Below are positions 12,391 to 25,360 of a stretch of 64,000 nucleotides of DNA, piece by piece. A program made the translations under genes and the position numbers. The notes below the pieces were generated by a model. It searched no databases. It saw only the letters and a program-made list of their open reading frames with translations, and was not told the DNA's origin. Location: positions 36,022,001-36,086,000 of the forward strand of contig OZ287759.1 of NCBI GenBank assembly GCA_965649765.1, read 5' to 3'. Each line of letters starts with the position of its first letter. Position 1 is the first letter of the stretch. Source of the DNA: Bispira polyomma (taxonomy: Eukaryota).

Positions 12391-13995
12391 ACAGACACCG
12401 TATCACAATGACCTGATATAATACTACTTTATAACAGGTAACTTTTCACTGGAAATTAATTTTTAGCAATTTCTCTCTTGACACTGGATAGTGAAAACTT
12501 ATTTTCGAAAGTGACAATCTTAAATTTGTAAAAATTGCTAATATTAGTGAAAATAAATTCTTTACTTTACTATGCCAGTATGTTTACAATTTAGTGACAT
12601 TTAATGCTGACCAAAATCAGTATGTTTACAGTATCTATGGGTCTGATATATAATCATGTGATGAAATCACTTTAAATCAGCTGTACAAAGGAATAGAGGA
12701 AGGATGAGTTTATTGTGGCTACTGCTAGGAATAACTGTGCATTAAGTGTCTCTCACAGCTCACTTAAAGTAGTAAAAAAGAGGGCCGATAGAATTCCTGT
12801 ATCTGTAAATTGTGTATTGAATAGAACAAAACACATAACCATTTGTTATTTTGGACAACCAGTGCCTTAGAGAATTTTGTATCAATTTGACGCTTTATAA
12901 ATTCTTCTACACTAATTATAATAATAGACTGTCAAGGAATGCATTACTGTTCCAGTTAAAGTTAAACACATTTAAGTGTCAGTAACAATATGATGAAAAG
13001 GATTTTGGTATTTTGAATGTAGTTTAGTAAGCACCACAATTTACTGCAGCCAAGGAGCAGCTGCTGCTTAAAGCTCCATTGTAGACGTCCGTGATAAATC
13101 AATGTTTCACAAAGCTGACAAAGCCCCTGCCAGTATACAGTAAAGGGCAAAAAATTGGCTGTAGATCTCAAAATTTGCCTATTAAAATACCGTATTTTCT
13201 GTAATAATCTCTACTTTCAGCCCTCCTCCCCCCAGAACTTTTAAAGATATTTTTAGGTCACTAAATGCCAATATTTTAGCAGGTACTACTAATTTACTAC
13301 ACTAAAGTATTACTGAAAATTGTTACATCTCTCCTTGATGAAAATGTTTAAATAGTGACTTGTATTGGATAGTGATATGATAATGTAGGCATCTAAATTG
13401 CTTTGACCTATGGTTAAGGATAAAAATTTGTGGATAGTTTAACTGTTTTAGAAGTATTACTATGATTTTGTGACAATATGTTATACTCTCGAATATCAAC
13501 ATCATTTGTTGTCTTCTGTTAAATTGTTCTATATTTTGATGAATTCCTTATGCAGTAAGTCATGTACAGATGTGATGAGGGCCACTAAAGAGTCTTGCTA
13601 TGTAAAATGGTTACTAAAACATTTTTCCTGTAAATTGTCTTGTATATTCGATTATTATGTGTTCATTGGTTTATCTTTAATGGTTAAAGCTGTGTTAGAA
13701 TTTCTATATGCAATTTGTAAACAAAAAAAGGAAACCTCTATTATCCAACCATGATTAGAGAGCAAAGTTCTTGTGTGGATAATTGAAGGTTAAAAAATGG
13801 AAGAGGCATTTTTATGTACAACACTATAAGAAAACTTAAAGTTGGGAGATTTGAACATATTTTATAAAATCTATTTTTTAATGATAGATAAATCCTACTG
13901 TGTAATTTAATAATATTCACATATGCTTGATGGCAATTAATTTTTTTATTACAAGTAATATCATTTAAAAGCACAAGAAGTTCAATTGGTAGTGT

Positions 13996-14212
13996 TGTGG
14001 TGTGGAAATTGGCTAAGTTCAGTTTCAGTAAAAACAAAAAGTCATGAGAGTTAACTTATTATAAAGTCTGAAAAATGTATAGTATTATTTCTATATGGAT
14101 TGTTTTTGTTCACTTTCAGTAAAAACTAAAAGTCATTAGGGTTAACTCAATAGGGTCTTTACTGTGACTTTTAGTTTTTACTTAAAGTGAATTAAGCCAA
14201 TTTACACACTAC
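13996..14212. repeat. foldback element with internal arm duplication
   Basis: TTCA(G/C)TTTCAGTAAAAAC..AAAGTCA twice in direct orientation and once inverted (TGACTTTTAGTTTTTACTTAAAGTGAA). Confidence 0.65.
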
Positions 14213-14831
14213 AAGAGTACTTTGAGGCCTTCGGCCCATAATACATTTACAGTCTACATGGATATATAACCCATTCTTTACTGTAGGTTTTATATTTTAA
14301 TTTTTTTTTATTGACACTGGTTACAAATCTTGCCCATACAATTATTTTTTATTTTAAAAATTATAGTATAAAAAACACGACAACTTAAAATTTATAATTA
14401 CAAGTTGATATAATTTAAAAAGAAACACAGTACAAATATTCTGAGTGTATTTGATGATGTGAAAAATCTGCGTAGCATTGCCATGACGTGGGTCTTCCAG
14501 GCTGGTGACTACTAAAATACAAAAACTCATCTCACAAAAAAGTCACAAACAGCTTACAGTACAACTGTCAACTTGTGTTCATTATTTAGTGTTTTCTGTG
14601 CATATCATGCTTAGGAATCGCAAAAATTACAATTATTTTAAAAATGTTTATGTAAAAAAAAGTATGTGTTGAATTTATTGCAGCCGTATTCTATTCTATA
14701 GAATTATACTAAGTTTTTTTTTAATCATAAAAGAATAATAATGTTAAGTATGAACGTAAACTTAAGGAAGTGGGAAAAGTACTATGCAGCACAATGAGCA
14801 CATCTTACAGATTACAGAATAATAGAGTTCA

Positions 14832-15077
14832 GTGGCTTCACTCTTATAAAAATCTCAAGCTTTAAACTCTGACTTAAGCTCAAATCTGAAGTATCCATGT
14901 ATCTCCGACTAGAATGATGTTAAGTGAAATCTGACTGCATATTTGAATTAGGTGCTGTAAGCTCTATTAAAATGAATGGTTACAAGTATAGGTTATTTCT
15001 GTGTAGATGGACTTCCACATAGTCTTCCTTTAAGCCTCTGTTTGAGCTTAAGTTTCCTTAGAGAATAAGAGGCCCAC
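14832..15077. mobile_element. MITE carrying a single copy of the 28-kb satellite monomer
   Basis: Internal ATCTGACTGCATATTTGAATT..GAATGGTTACAAG. Its right arm matches 28535-28598. Confidence 0.6.
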
Positions 15078-15942
15078 AAGTGACATGGTAAACAACATCG
15101 TTGCCAATGGTTAAGAGACTTGTTTCCTTGTCATACTCATGTCATCAATTCATAATACACTTACACGTTTATGCTTTTTCTTTCTTTTCTCATTTTTTCC
15201 CGCTGTAGTATTGTGTCTGAGTAAATAATAAATCAGTACAGGAAACTATTGCTTCTGTCGGATTATGGTGAAGGAAATGTGTTTAGTGCATTTGCAAGTG
15301 AAAAGGAAAGGATTATTAGTATGTTGGACATTAAGGATAATAGCATCATTGTCATTTTCAATTTTTTTTTGTGCGTATTATTCTGTTGTTTTTTTTATTG
15401 ACCGTAAATTGTAATATAAAAAAATTCCACACTTTAGTTTTTTGAAAGAAAAAGGAGAGCAATCAACTATCATAGTAGATAGTTGTATTTATTACTCATA
15501 GACCTCATCACCTGAGGGGTGGTATTTGGTAATTCTTGTGATTGGCAGGAAATTCCTAGTGCAAGGATTATGTCTGGGACAAAATTACAGGAACTACATT
15601 ACAGTAAACAATCTAAAATGTGCTGCAATTAAAATTGCCTCCTATGTCAAATGGTTGCAGTAAAACATAAATTTCTGGATTTTTGGCCAAAATTACTTTA
15701 ATTTATAACTGTAGGGGTTAAGTCCAATTTGTAATAATACTTTTTCACAATTTTATGTTAATATTTTTTAGCATCTCGCAAACTTTATAAGTGTAAAATG
15801 TTTTTTGATGTCTTGCGCTACATGTTAAGGTAATAAATCAATGGATTTATAAGTCAAAGTTTCCATCTAACTGACTGCTGATAGCTGACAACAGATATAT
15901 CTGACACTCATCAGTAGATTCTAGTCTTTCCATGTGTGTAAT

Positions 15943-16170
15943 GGAGCCACAGTGGCCTAGTAGTTCGAAGCACCTACTTCAAAATCACTGGTCTCGACCT
16001 AATGTGGCTTTAAATCACATTCGTTCCTTTATGTGGAAAAGTTTTTTAGGTACTTGCCGTAGGCTGGTGGTTTACAAATACTTCAGCACTGGTTTTCTGC
16101 ACCATTTGAATCTGGCCGTCGTAATATGACCTAAGCTGTTGAAAGCGACGTAAAAGCCAACTTAATTAAA
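15943..16170 (+). mobile_element. degenerate tRNA-derived SINE, family B
   Basis: GTGGCCTAGT head and ATGTGGAAAAG core. The 3' end ATATGACC..GTTGAAAGCGACGT is also present as a fragment at 3951-3995. Confidence 0.7.
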
Positions 16171-16759
16171 ATTCAATATGCAGCACTGATATTTATTTTC
16201 CTTTTAAATAATATGGGTTTTCATAGTTTGTTGAAAAGTCAATGATGATGAGTTTTTAGCTACCTAGGCTGATAGAATCGTACAGCGTCAGCTGGCACCC
16301 ATTGGTGGCCTCTGGTGCATGGACACTAAGAGTAGGCATCATACTTTGTTAAGGAAATATCAATTAAGCACAGTAGTTTAATACAATATTGATATTGATA
16401 TTGGCCAACAAGGATTACATATTGTTTAAAAAAATTAAGGACATTAAATCTAAACAGTTATGCTGACAAAGTGTATGCATTGTATATTTGGTTTACTATC
16501 CATTTAATAATGTTAACTGCTATAAAATCTATCAATAAAACAGTTTTCAAGAAGAAAATCACAGTCATTATTACTTGGAATTAGACAACTATATAACAAT
16601 CTATACACCGTAATAGCTTACAGCACATTTTACGGCATAAAAACAATATACTTTAATATTGGATAATATGTTGGTCTTTATTTGACTATGATATAAATAT
16701 CGATAAACGATATACTGATCTTTACACTAATCAAGACACTTTGTATATAAATATGTGTG

Positions 16760-17025
16760 TCTCCTGTGACCTAGTTGTTAGGAAATTAGTCAGGTGATCA
16801 GAAGGTCCTTGGTTCAATTCCTAGTGGGCGAGTTTGTATGGCAATTTGAGGGTCCCCGGTTCGACTCATGCTGATGCCACTTGGTTCATTTGTGAAATAA
16901 GATCCTTGGGCAAGATGTGAATATGTCATTGTCTAGTGAGGATTGCTGTGGTTGTTCCGCTTTAGAAGATGCCTTGCATCAATAAAGCGCATTAAAAATA
17001 TAAAATAACAATACAATAAATAAAA
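16760..17025 (+). mobile_element. old tRNA-derived SINE with CORE-like segment and L2-type tail
   Basis: B-box-like GGTTCAATTCC (16811) and GGTTCGACTC (16858), CORE-like TCCTTGGGCAAG, and an AAGCGCATTAAAAAT tail. Confidence 0.5.
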
Positions 17026-18725
17026 AACTGATGGAATTTGTGTCAGCTATATCGTTGGTCTGTTACATGGAAACACTGGCTTAACATGATGGTCTTGCCT
17101 AGGTTGTGACCTTTGACCTTGGATTTATTGGATGGGTGCCCTATTTCACCTATTGGCTGTAGTGAGATTTCTAGTGTCCTTGATGTTATTTTTATGTTCA
17201 CATTTATCAGACTGTTGTGACTATTGGTAGTTTTAGTCAATGCTTAAGTTTTTCTCATGAGTGTTTTAAAAGGTTGAAAAAGGGTGTTTTGCTAAACCTA
17301 ATAATCTATTGATTTCATGCTACAAAAAAAGAAAATGCCATTCTTTTTATTAAAAGGCAAATTTTTAGTAGTCCTTGCTGAATTTTATCCCCTTTTTTGG
17401 GGGTTTTGTTAAAAGTCCAATTTCAGATTCCAAACTCGTCAAATGGCTTTCTGATAAAAGGAATAATAACATCAGCAAAACAAGTGATGGAAATAATTTT
17501 ATCGCTGTTGCCAAATGAAACTGATAGCAGCTGTGTCGGTACAGCATTCTGATTTTATTGTGTGGATCATTTGTTATGTTTTTATGCTTATGGAATGTTT
17601 AATCTTAATTTTTTATTGTCTTTTATAAATACAGAGTGAAAAAATAAAGTTGTGACTTTCTACGGAGGATGAAATGTGTATAAAATATGCATATTACTCT
17701 TAAAAAGGATGATTGTCATTGCATTAATAGTTTTGTAGTTATTTTGTTCACAAAAGGTCTTAGTCTTGACTTTAGTCTTATGCTGAAGATTTTGATCTTT
17801 TGATTATGGCCGAAAATTTTTTTTAAGATTTTGGTTGTATTGCCAGTGACTGTGATAAAAGTGATTTGCTTAGTATTAACTTTGCTCTTAACATTAAGAC
17901 TACCAGTAGACAGTCCTAAATATTCTAGACATCAGTGTTAAGCTTAGGACTAAGTTAACACAAAAAGATCTTTTTTTGGGTAAATACAGCCTCAGATCTT
18001 AAATTGAGACACAAAGAGAGAGGGGGATAGAACAATCTGTGGATGTAACTCGAGTAGAATGGGCCGTTTGCACTGGATCTATTTTATTAACTCTTTAATT
18101 ATTCATGTTGTCGTACAGACAGTGGTCCAGGAAATTAGCAAATCCAGGAATGTTTAAAATATATACTTATTGCTTGATATAACGTACAATCAAAAAACTG
18201 AACTGAACGACTATGTTGGGAGTTCTGTGTATGATTTGTGCATATGGATATACATTGGCAATATCAATCGCAAACCTTTTTCTCCTATCGGACTATTCTT
18301 TTGCTTACTGACTCAAGGGATGTGTGCCACAGAGCAGGATGCCTGTTCATCGATTGTGGTGCTATAGAAGTAAAAAAGCCATTAACATGTGTGTATGTTT
18401 AACCTTATATTTTCAAACTGGCGTTACTTTCAGTATTGAGGTAAAATATGTAGATTCTAGTAATTCTTTTACATCTACTGAGATGCGATGGCGACTGGGG
18501 ATTTTAATCACGTTGAGCTTCAGTATTCTCTTGATTATACAGAGTCATGTGTAGTCATATGGCGTGTGTAGTATCAGACAATTTGTTTAATAATTTATAA
18601 AGAAAAGGTTTGGCTTGATGTGGCACAACAAGTTAATACATGTACATGTAAATTAAAAAAATATGGGCAATGTGTGCATGCCATCTGACAGTTCTGTTTG
18701 TATTAAACAGATTCGTCATAATTTG

Positions 18726-18927
18726 TGTTCAAGAAACAAATCAGTAACTTTTCTGTCACTAGTGTTAATAATCAGTTGTCAAAACTTTAAAACAACTGGA
18801 GCTGTATTCACAAAAAAAGTTCTTTGTTCAAGAAACAAATCGGAAACTTTTCTGTCACTAGTGTTAATAATCAATTGTTGTCAAAACTTTAAAACAACTG
18901 GAGCTGTATTCACAAAAAAGTTCTTTG
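18726..18927. repeat. ~100 bp tandem duplication spanning a MITE junction
   Basis: TGTTCAAGAAACAAATC..GGAGCTGTATTCACAAAAAA(A)GTTCTTTG x2. Confidence 0.9.
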
Positions 18928-19656
18928 TCATAACATAAAATTATGGTCTTAAACACTGTGACAGTAAAAAGAATCTCTGGTTGGTGTTAACTTTGATCTT
19001 AACACTAAGACTAACAGTAGGCAGTCTTAGAGATTATAGACATAAATGTTAACCTCGAGACTAAGTTAAGACAAAGACCTTTTGTACCAGTGAATAATTA
19101 GTAAATTATCGGAACTCCAATGAGTTCAATCACTTTTGGTGAAATTTCAATTTTTACTTCTCTTAAATTCTCCTATACATGTATTTTTCTACCAAAGTAG
19201 CTCTTTTTTTTTTATGAACATTCTGCCATCCTAATAAATTCTTATTATACTGTAGAAAACCAATAGGAAAGCCCCCATTAAGTCTTTGAGAAGGCATATC
19301 TACTTCATAAAATTGAACATTTGGTTAACAGAAGTGTTGGATAATAGAGGCTCTGCTGTACATGTATTGATGTCTTCACATTATTGAATTTTATAAAACT
19401 ACACGGAATAGTGCATTATCCAATCGTCTGTTATTCAATTTTATGAACCCCCCTTTCTAAATTTATATTTTCCTATTGTTTTATATACTGAAATGCCTCT
19501 TTTATTTTATGAACATTCTATTATCTAAACGAATTCTTGCTTTCTCCACCAACATGTTCAGGTAATAGAGGTTCTACTTTACTTGCTGTATCAAGATAGT
19601 AATACAAGGACTTATGGAATAATTCTAATTAGTTTTGTTTTGTTGTGTCTTTTCAG

Positions 19657-20309
19657 AAGTTTGTTTTATCAAGATTAATGGCGCTTCTTTAAAAAGTGAC
19701 AAGAAATATATCATTAATCACTAGGCAGATTTGGAATTTAATGTAAACATTGTGATTACTGTGAAAAAGGAAGTTGATAAAACAGAGGAGGAAATTTTCT
19801 ACATTCTCTCCAAATCCGTCTCTATTTTTAGCCATATAATAATTAATGAAAAAGCTGGATCAAACAACAAGACACCAACTACTTATAATAACTACATAGA
19901 AGCCAATCATGATTCTTAGGTGCATGTCAGTTCAAAGTACAACAAAATTTGTGTGTATTTCACACTCGTATTATGACAGAATTATACAGTAATTGTTAGT
20001 ATCGTGAAATCCAGTAACTACTAAAATCAAAATCAGACTTTGTTCTGAAGCATCTGTAGCAACAAAGACTATTAACAGTGACAAATACATCGTCCACAGT
20101 ATTATGTGTAGGAAGAACGTTAGTAAATTAGAAGGAATTTGAATCCCAAAATTGTCCGGAATATAAAGAAATGTATATCACAAAAAAACAAAATCAGTGG
20201 AAACCAAAAGGGTATACACCATGGAGTATTATTATCAATGGGAATACATCAATTCATGAACTAGTCACACAGGAGTAGAAAACCAATATAGAATAATAGT
20301 ATAAATAAC
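19657..20309 (+). other. probable long 5' UTR part of the Lsi2-like coding exon, containing several short uORFs
   Basis: Strong acceptor TTTTGTTGTGTCTTTTCAG| at 19656. No other strong acceptor seen before the ATG at 20310. Several ATG-stop uORFs. Confidence 0.5.
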
Positions 20310-21855
20310 ATGGTGTTAAAAGATATCACCGAGCTTCCAGGGATAACACTGTTCTGCCCCCTGGTTTCCAATAGCAGCAATGACTCCGTCGTTGAGTCTC
20401 GCAATCCACCCCTGGCCCCGACACACCAGCTTGCGGGTGGCCTCGTGGTATTCCTTTCCATTCTACCATTTGTCCTCTTCCACTTCCGATTCTTCCCCGT
20501 GGGAACCAACGTCGTCATGCTGCTGGGGGCTTTTCTGATGGTTGCCACGGCGGTGGTCAGCCAGGAAGAAGTCTACGAGGTGCTGGGAGACCGGGAAGCT
20601 ATCACCCCTGTTCTCCTGTTAATTGGCATGATGATGTTGTTGCAGTACGTCGAGAGGGAGTTGTTGTTCCTTAAGCTGATAAGGAAATTACTGAAGCCGA
20701 GCTACTGCTTTGAGAACTACCTGTGGAGAGTGACACTGTTGACTTTCCTGACGGCCGCCATATTTACCAGCGATGCTACAACCGCCGTGTTAACGCCTCT
20801 GATTCTTAAGTATTGGGAAGCCCAAGAACGTTCCAGGCAGGAGCTACAAACCTTGGTTCTTGGCATAGCGACGTCTGCAAATATTGGGAGTGTTTTGACT
20901 ATACTGGGCAGCCCCCAAATGGTTATAATAGCCGCAAAGACGAGCACGTTTGGATTCGAAAAGAGCCGACTCGACATGAAGATGTCTTTGATGTACTTTG
21001 CAATACCTGCACTGTTTGCTTATTTCGCCAACCTGGGATTTCTGATGCTGCATTTTCGAATCCGAAACATAAGAATAGAAAACAGTCACCTGGTGTCTGA
21101 GCCCTCGCAAAGTGACCAGGAGATGACTGGCTTAACGGGAAGTCCACGTATGAACGGCCACGTGCAGAGAGAAAATGGTGACATCCACCATTTGGAGAAT
21201 AGTGTATTTAGAGAGGACAGATTGCTGGCACCCTGCCAATTGGAGACTATTCCTGAAGACGACATTCTGGAAATCCAGAGTATTCCCTCTGCAGCACAGA
21301 GTGACAATGACCTTGACACTCAGTCTGCTACTACTACTCAATTTTCTAGTCATAGAAGTTCCATACTCGAGAACAACGGTGGGATTGCTGTCAATATCGA
21401 CAGTCCACCTGATTCTGATAATGATGGGGAAGAAGAAGACAGTGATGGACATAGTGGACATTCAGAAAACTGTCAACATCAGCAACTTGCTGCAGAGAAT
21501 GTCAGCAATCCGAGCCTGGACTACCGTCCAAGTGCGCTGACACTGGCGAACCTTCAAGAATCTCAACGCCAGCTCGACAGGCCGGACTTGTTATCTGTGG
21601 ATAGGGTATTAACCGAGCATGGCTGGAGACTATCTCAGAAACTGGGGATGTACCGCTCTATCGGTGGAGTTTCTGCCGTAGAGTTTCTGCCCTATGACAC
21701 AGGCATGCAGCAGTTGGCTCAGGTGGAAAGCTCCGGTGGCAGCTCTGATTTCAGGGCAGCGGATTCCAGAAGCTTCCATGTGATGTTGTGTCTACTAGTG
21801 CTCATCATGGTCGTTTTGTTATTGGCATCAACAAACAGATTCCCTTTTAATATTG
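20310..21855 (+). CDS. Lsi2-like (silicon efflux / ArsB-NhaD-CitM ion transporter superfamily) membrane transporter, coding exon 1
   Basis: Open frame with several TM helices. Motifs FFPVG..LLGAFLMV, LLIGMM..YVERE, FTSD and ATSANIGS..GSPQM align by eye with plant Lsi2 (FLPIG..LLGAMLMV, FTND, ASSANIGS..GNPQN). Donor TTG|GTGAGT at 21855/21856, phase 1. Confidence 0.85.
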
Positions 21856-22730
21856 GTGAGTTTATATACTTTTAACAAGAGATGTTCTTTTTTTAAAAAT
21901 GACACAGATGCACAGTGTGAAATGCACTAATGTTGATATGGCTACTATTATACTCAGGCAAATCTGACACCCCTCAGTTGGGACGGGTTCGATTGCTTCC
22001 AACCAATCCATGAAGGCCTTACATATAATTTGTAAGATGAGAATAAGCCTTGATCAAAAATTATAGTAGGACTATCCAAGAGTACTTGAAGTACTTTCTG
22101 GGGAATAAGAGTCTATTGTTGGGTCTTGTAAATTCGATATTTTGCCGTTTTTTCTTGTTTAAACAAGTGTGGTTCAAATCATTTACATTACAAAATAATA
22201 ATTTTATATCTCTAGATTAAAATACAGCCAGCATTTTTGCCAAGAATGGTATTTGTGAATGTGTAAATTTGTAAAGAAATGGTTAGAATTTTTGAGAAAC
22301 AACGCTGATACCCTCCAATTTTAACATAAAAGAGACAGTAGATAGGCTATTTTTACAAATATATATAAGGTTAACTTTAGGTTTTTGGTGCATTTCACAC
22401 TGGATGGTGTTTTCCATTAACAGTAGAGAGTAATGGTGGAAGAGTACTCAAATACTAAATTCAAAATATATTCTGTACATTTGTCAACCCTGTTAAGTCA
22501 AGTCAGAGGGGCCCATAAAATTTATTATACTTGACAGAACTTCTACTCAACAGGGTATATGTATTTTTATTAGAAATATATCAATGGGACCTTAAAATAA
22601 CTTCTACTTAACAGGTAATTCCACTTATCAGGGTTCTACTTCAAATGCTTTGACTGTACACTATTACTCAAAGGTTATTGCTTTATATTCCAATCTTTGT
22701 TCTTTTCTCTTTCTCCTTATATCATGACAG

Positions 22731-23269
22731 GACTAGTGCCAATAGCAGCAGCAGGCCTGGCCATCATGTTCGACGGTTTGATCAACAGGAGACCTTCCTT
22801 TGGCATCCTCCGGCGCACCGATTGGTCAGTGGTACTCATGTTTTTGGGGCTCTTTGTGTGGGTGCACGGTCTGAACAAGACACAGCTCCCACGCTGGATC
22901 TGGACAAAGGTCGGTCTGGCGGGCAACAGTTTTACATCCGCCTGGAGCATCTTGCTACTCACGGTTACCATGGTTACGGGTACGAACATATTCGGTGGCG
23001 CCCTCTTCAGTGTGATTGTGTTAGATAGACTGGTTCCCTGTGAGGACCAGATGTCCCTTGTCTTGTATCTAGCCTGGTGCTCGTCTGTGGCGGGGAATCT
23101 CACCCAGCTCAGTAGCGTGACGAACCTGGTCGTCTCCCAGAAAGCTCTACAAGCTGTCAACTACCGGCTCACATACTGGACCTACCTAAAGTACGGCTTC
23201 CTCACAACATTGGTCATCTTACCTGCTGGGATATTGATCTTGTATTGTCGTATACTCATACCTGTGTAA
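22731..23269 (+). CDS. Lsi2-like transporter, coding exon 2 (C-terminal half)
   Basis: Polypyrimidine tract plus ACAG| acceptor at 22730. The phase-1 join G|GA gives Gly and keeps frame. Motifs DWSVVLMFLGLF and AWCSSVAGNLT..N..LTYWTYLKYG match the Lsi2/ArsB C-terminus. Spliced CDS is 2085 nt, 694 aa plus TAA. Confidence 0.85.
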
Positions 23270-23765
23270 AATTTTTACAGAATTTTTCTCGGTAATTTTT
23301 TTCTCTCCATAAAAGTTTCATTTTAGAGGTACATTGGAAAATCTCTATTTATCTAAATGTTGGGGAAGAGCATGATTCTGTTTGTATAATAGAAGGTTCA
23401 TAAAATAGAACAGACATTTTATGGCTGTAAAAGAGTACACGTTAAAGAATAGAGTAATGAAATATTCTGAGTAGAAAATTAGGAAAAGAATAATCTTTCC
23501 TTGTTTGATAACAGTAGTTTTATAATAATTCTAATAAAATTGATCTCAATTGAGTCATTTTCTATAACTTTGAAAACAAAAACCAAGTTCTGGCTATTTC
23601 TACACTAAATAGAGTACTCGTTAAAAGAGCTAAGAATAATAGTAAAAGAGTACTCGGGTACAAAACTTATTACTCGTTGCAGCCCTATTTGAAATTCAAA
23701 ATATTATATTAAATATGGTGTAAGTTTGGGAGAGTGAAAAACTGTGCTCATCAAATGGAATGTTT

Positions 23766-23846
23766 GTATAATAGAAGTTCGGATAATAGAGGTTTGGATA
23801 ATAAAGGTTTGGATAATAGAAGTTTGGATATTAGAGGTTTCAACTG
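23766..23846. repeat. 15-bp minisatellite (GGATAATAGAGGTTT) inside a Tc1-type MITE end
   Basis: 4-5 diverged copies followed by TTTCAACTGTA. Confidence 0.75.
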
Positions 23847-23969
23847 TATTAACATCCATGTAAAACCATATTCTGTGTCTGTGTGGATAAAATTTTACTT
23901 TGTTAAATATCTATCCATGTGTGTAGTCCAAAAGGTGATGAAAATAAAACTAAATGACTTTCCAGTCAG

Positions 23970-24583
23970 AGGCAGTTTTCAAAAAAAGGTCTTAAGCCAA
24001 GACTTAGGCTTAGATCTAAGACATTTGTCTTAACTTATGGTTAAAAACGGACTAAGACTATTTGGTTAGTCTGAGCAGTATTCACAAAGCCGCTTAGCTG
24101 TAGTTTTAGCTCAGCTAATGACTTAACTTTAAGACAAGTAGGTGATGGGCTTAACTTCACAGTAAAAAGTCTCAAGCTTTTCTACTTAACTTTTACACAA
24201 TTATGAAGCATTGCATTTTTGCACTGTTAAACAACATATAAACATTTAAATTTGATAGTATGATGTCAAATATCAAACGATCCAAACCGTAACCTGTCCT
24301 GAATCAAACAAGAAGTCCTATAATTCCTAACATATTTTAAATCATACATTTTTTGTATAGGGTTTAGCCAATCTTATGTCTAATAAAAATCAACTTTTTT
24401 AATTGATATTGATTTTGTTTTTTACTTTGTACATATAGGCCTAAATAATTATATAAAGTTAAGACTCGTTTTCTTAATTCCATTGAAGCCCACAACTTAG
24501 CTTAAGACAAAGATCTAAGATTTAAGTCTGGACTTAGCCTAATTTTTGGCTACGTCTAAGAGATTTTGTGAATACCGTCGCAG
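23970..24583. mobile_element. MITE, reverse-orientation relative of 3361-3925
   Basis: 24073-24160 is similar to the reverse complement of 3841-3925. Ends in TTTTGTGAATACC. Confidence 0.7.
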
Positions 24584-24775
24584 AAGGAGAAAAATGGCTG
24601 AATTACAACATTTGGCATTGGGAGTGTGGTGGGTTTAATCCAAATCTGGTTGTATGCTGAATATGTTTAAACAAAAGAATGTGGGCAGGTTTATTCATGA
24701 TCTTTATGATGGATGGTGTCTATTTTAACAAAGTTTTGTACTTATATAAAACATGTGTATGTAAAGTACTTTTAA

Positions 24776-25023
24776 CCACTTAAACGCCTGACAGCCCATA
24801 AATATACGGACGTTAATCATTTTCAAATAGTCTATATATATTTTTATATGTATATGGCAGAAACATTAGGTTTCCTTATGGAATGGAGCTACACATCAAT
24901 GTCATGTGTGAGCGTGTAGTAATGAAAAAACAAATCAGGGGATGTTTGTGGCTTCATTAAGTGGTCAATAGGTGGGGTTAGTGTTATAGGTAATATAATA
25001 ATCAATTTTCCCCTTTTAAGTGG
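24776..25023. mobile_element. piggyBac-type MITE
   Basis: TTAA|CCACTTAAA..TTTAAGTGG|TTAA. A related copy lies at 35895-36274. Confidence 0.7.
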
Positions 25024-25360
25024 TTAAAGAACTGCATGGATTTACTTTAAATGTCTTATTTTGACTAAGTGTGTAGATATTAAAACTGTGGCATTTATTA
25101 AAAAAAACACATTCCTACTTCTTGATGGTGCTTTTGTAAATATATCTAGTTGTATCATAGTTGTATTATTTTGCTCAGTTACGTTCCTAATTTTACATAT
25201 TAACATATTCTACATAATATCAAAATGCTTTTATTTACCAACAAGGACGTAACATAGTGATAATGGACTGGTGTGAAGCCAGTTTGTATGATTCATCTTT
25301 GTGTTGTTGTAAATGTAGTTGCTCTTCTTTAAATTTTGGTATTTATAGCATAAGAATTTA

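Noticed and set aside
21856-22730. ORF-track extensions (EFIYF* and MFFSLSPYIMT) implying two separate proteins
   Set aside because: These are intron read-through. Canonical GT/AG sites join the two ORFs in frame.
20261-23160. Antisense and alternate-frame ORFs overlapping the transporter
   Set aside because: These are shadow ORFs of GC-richer coding DNA with no recognisable motifs.
20310-23269. Recent horizontal transfer or bacterial arsB contamination
   Set aside because: The gene has a spliceosomal intron containing MITEs, a long eukaryote-type disordered loop and eukaryotic Lsi2-like motifs.
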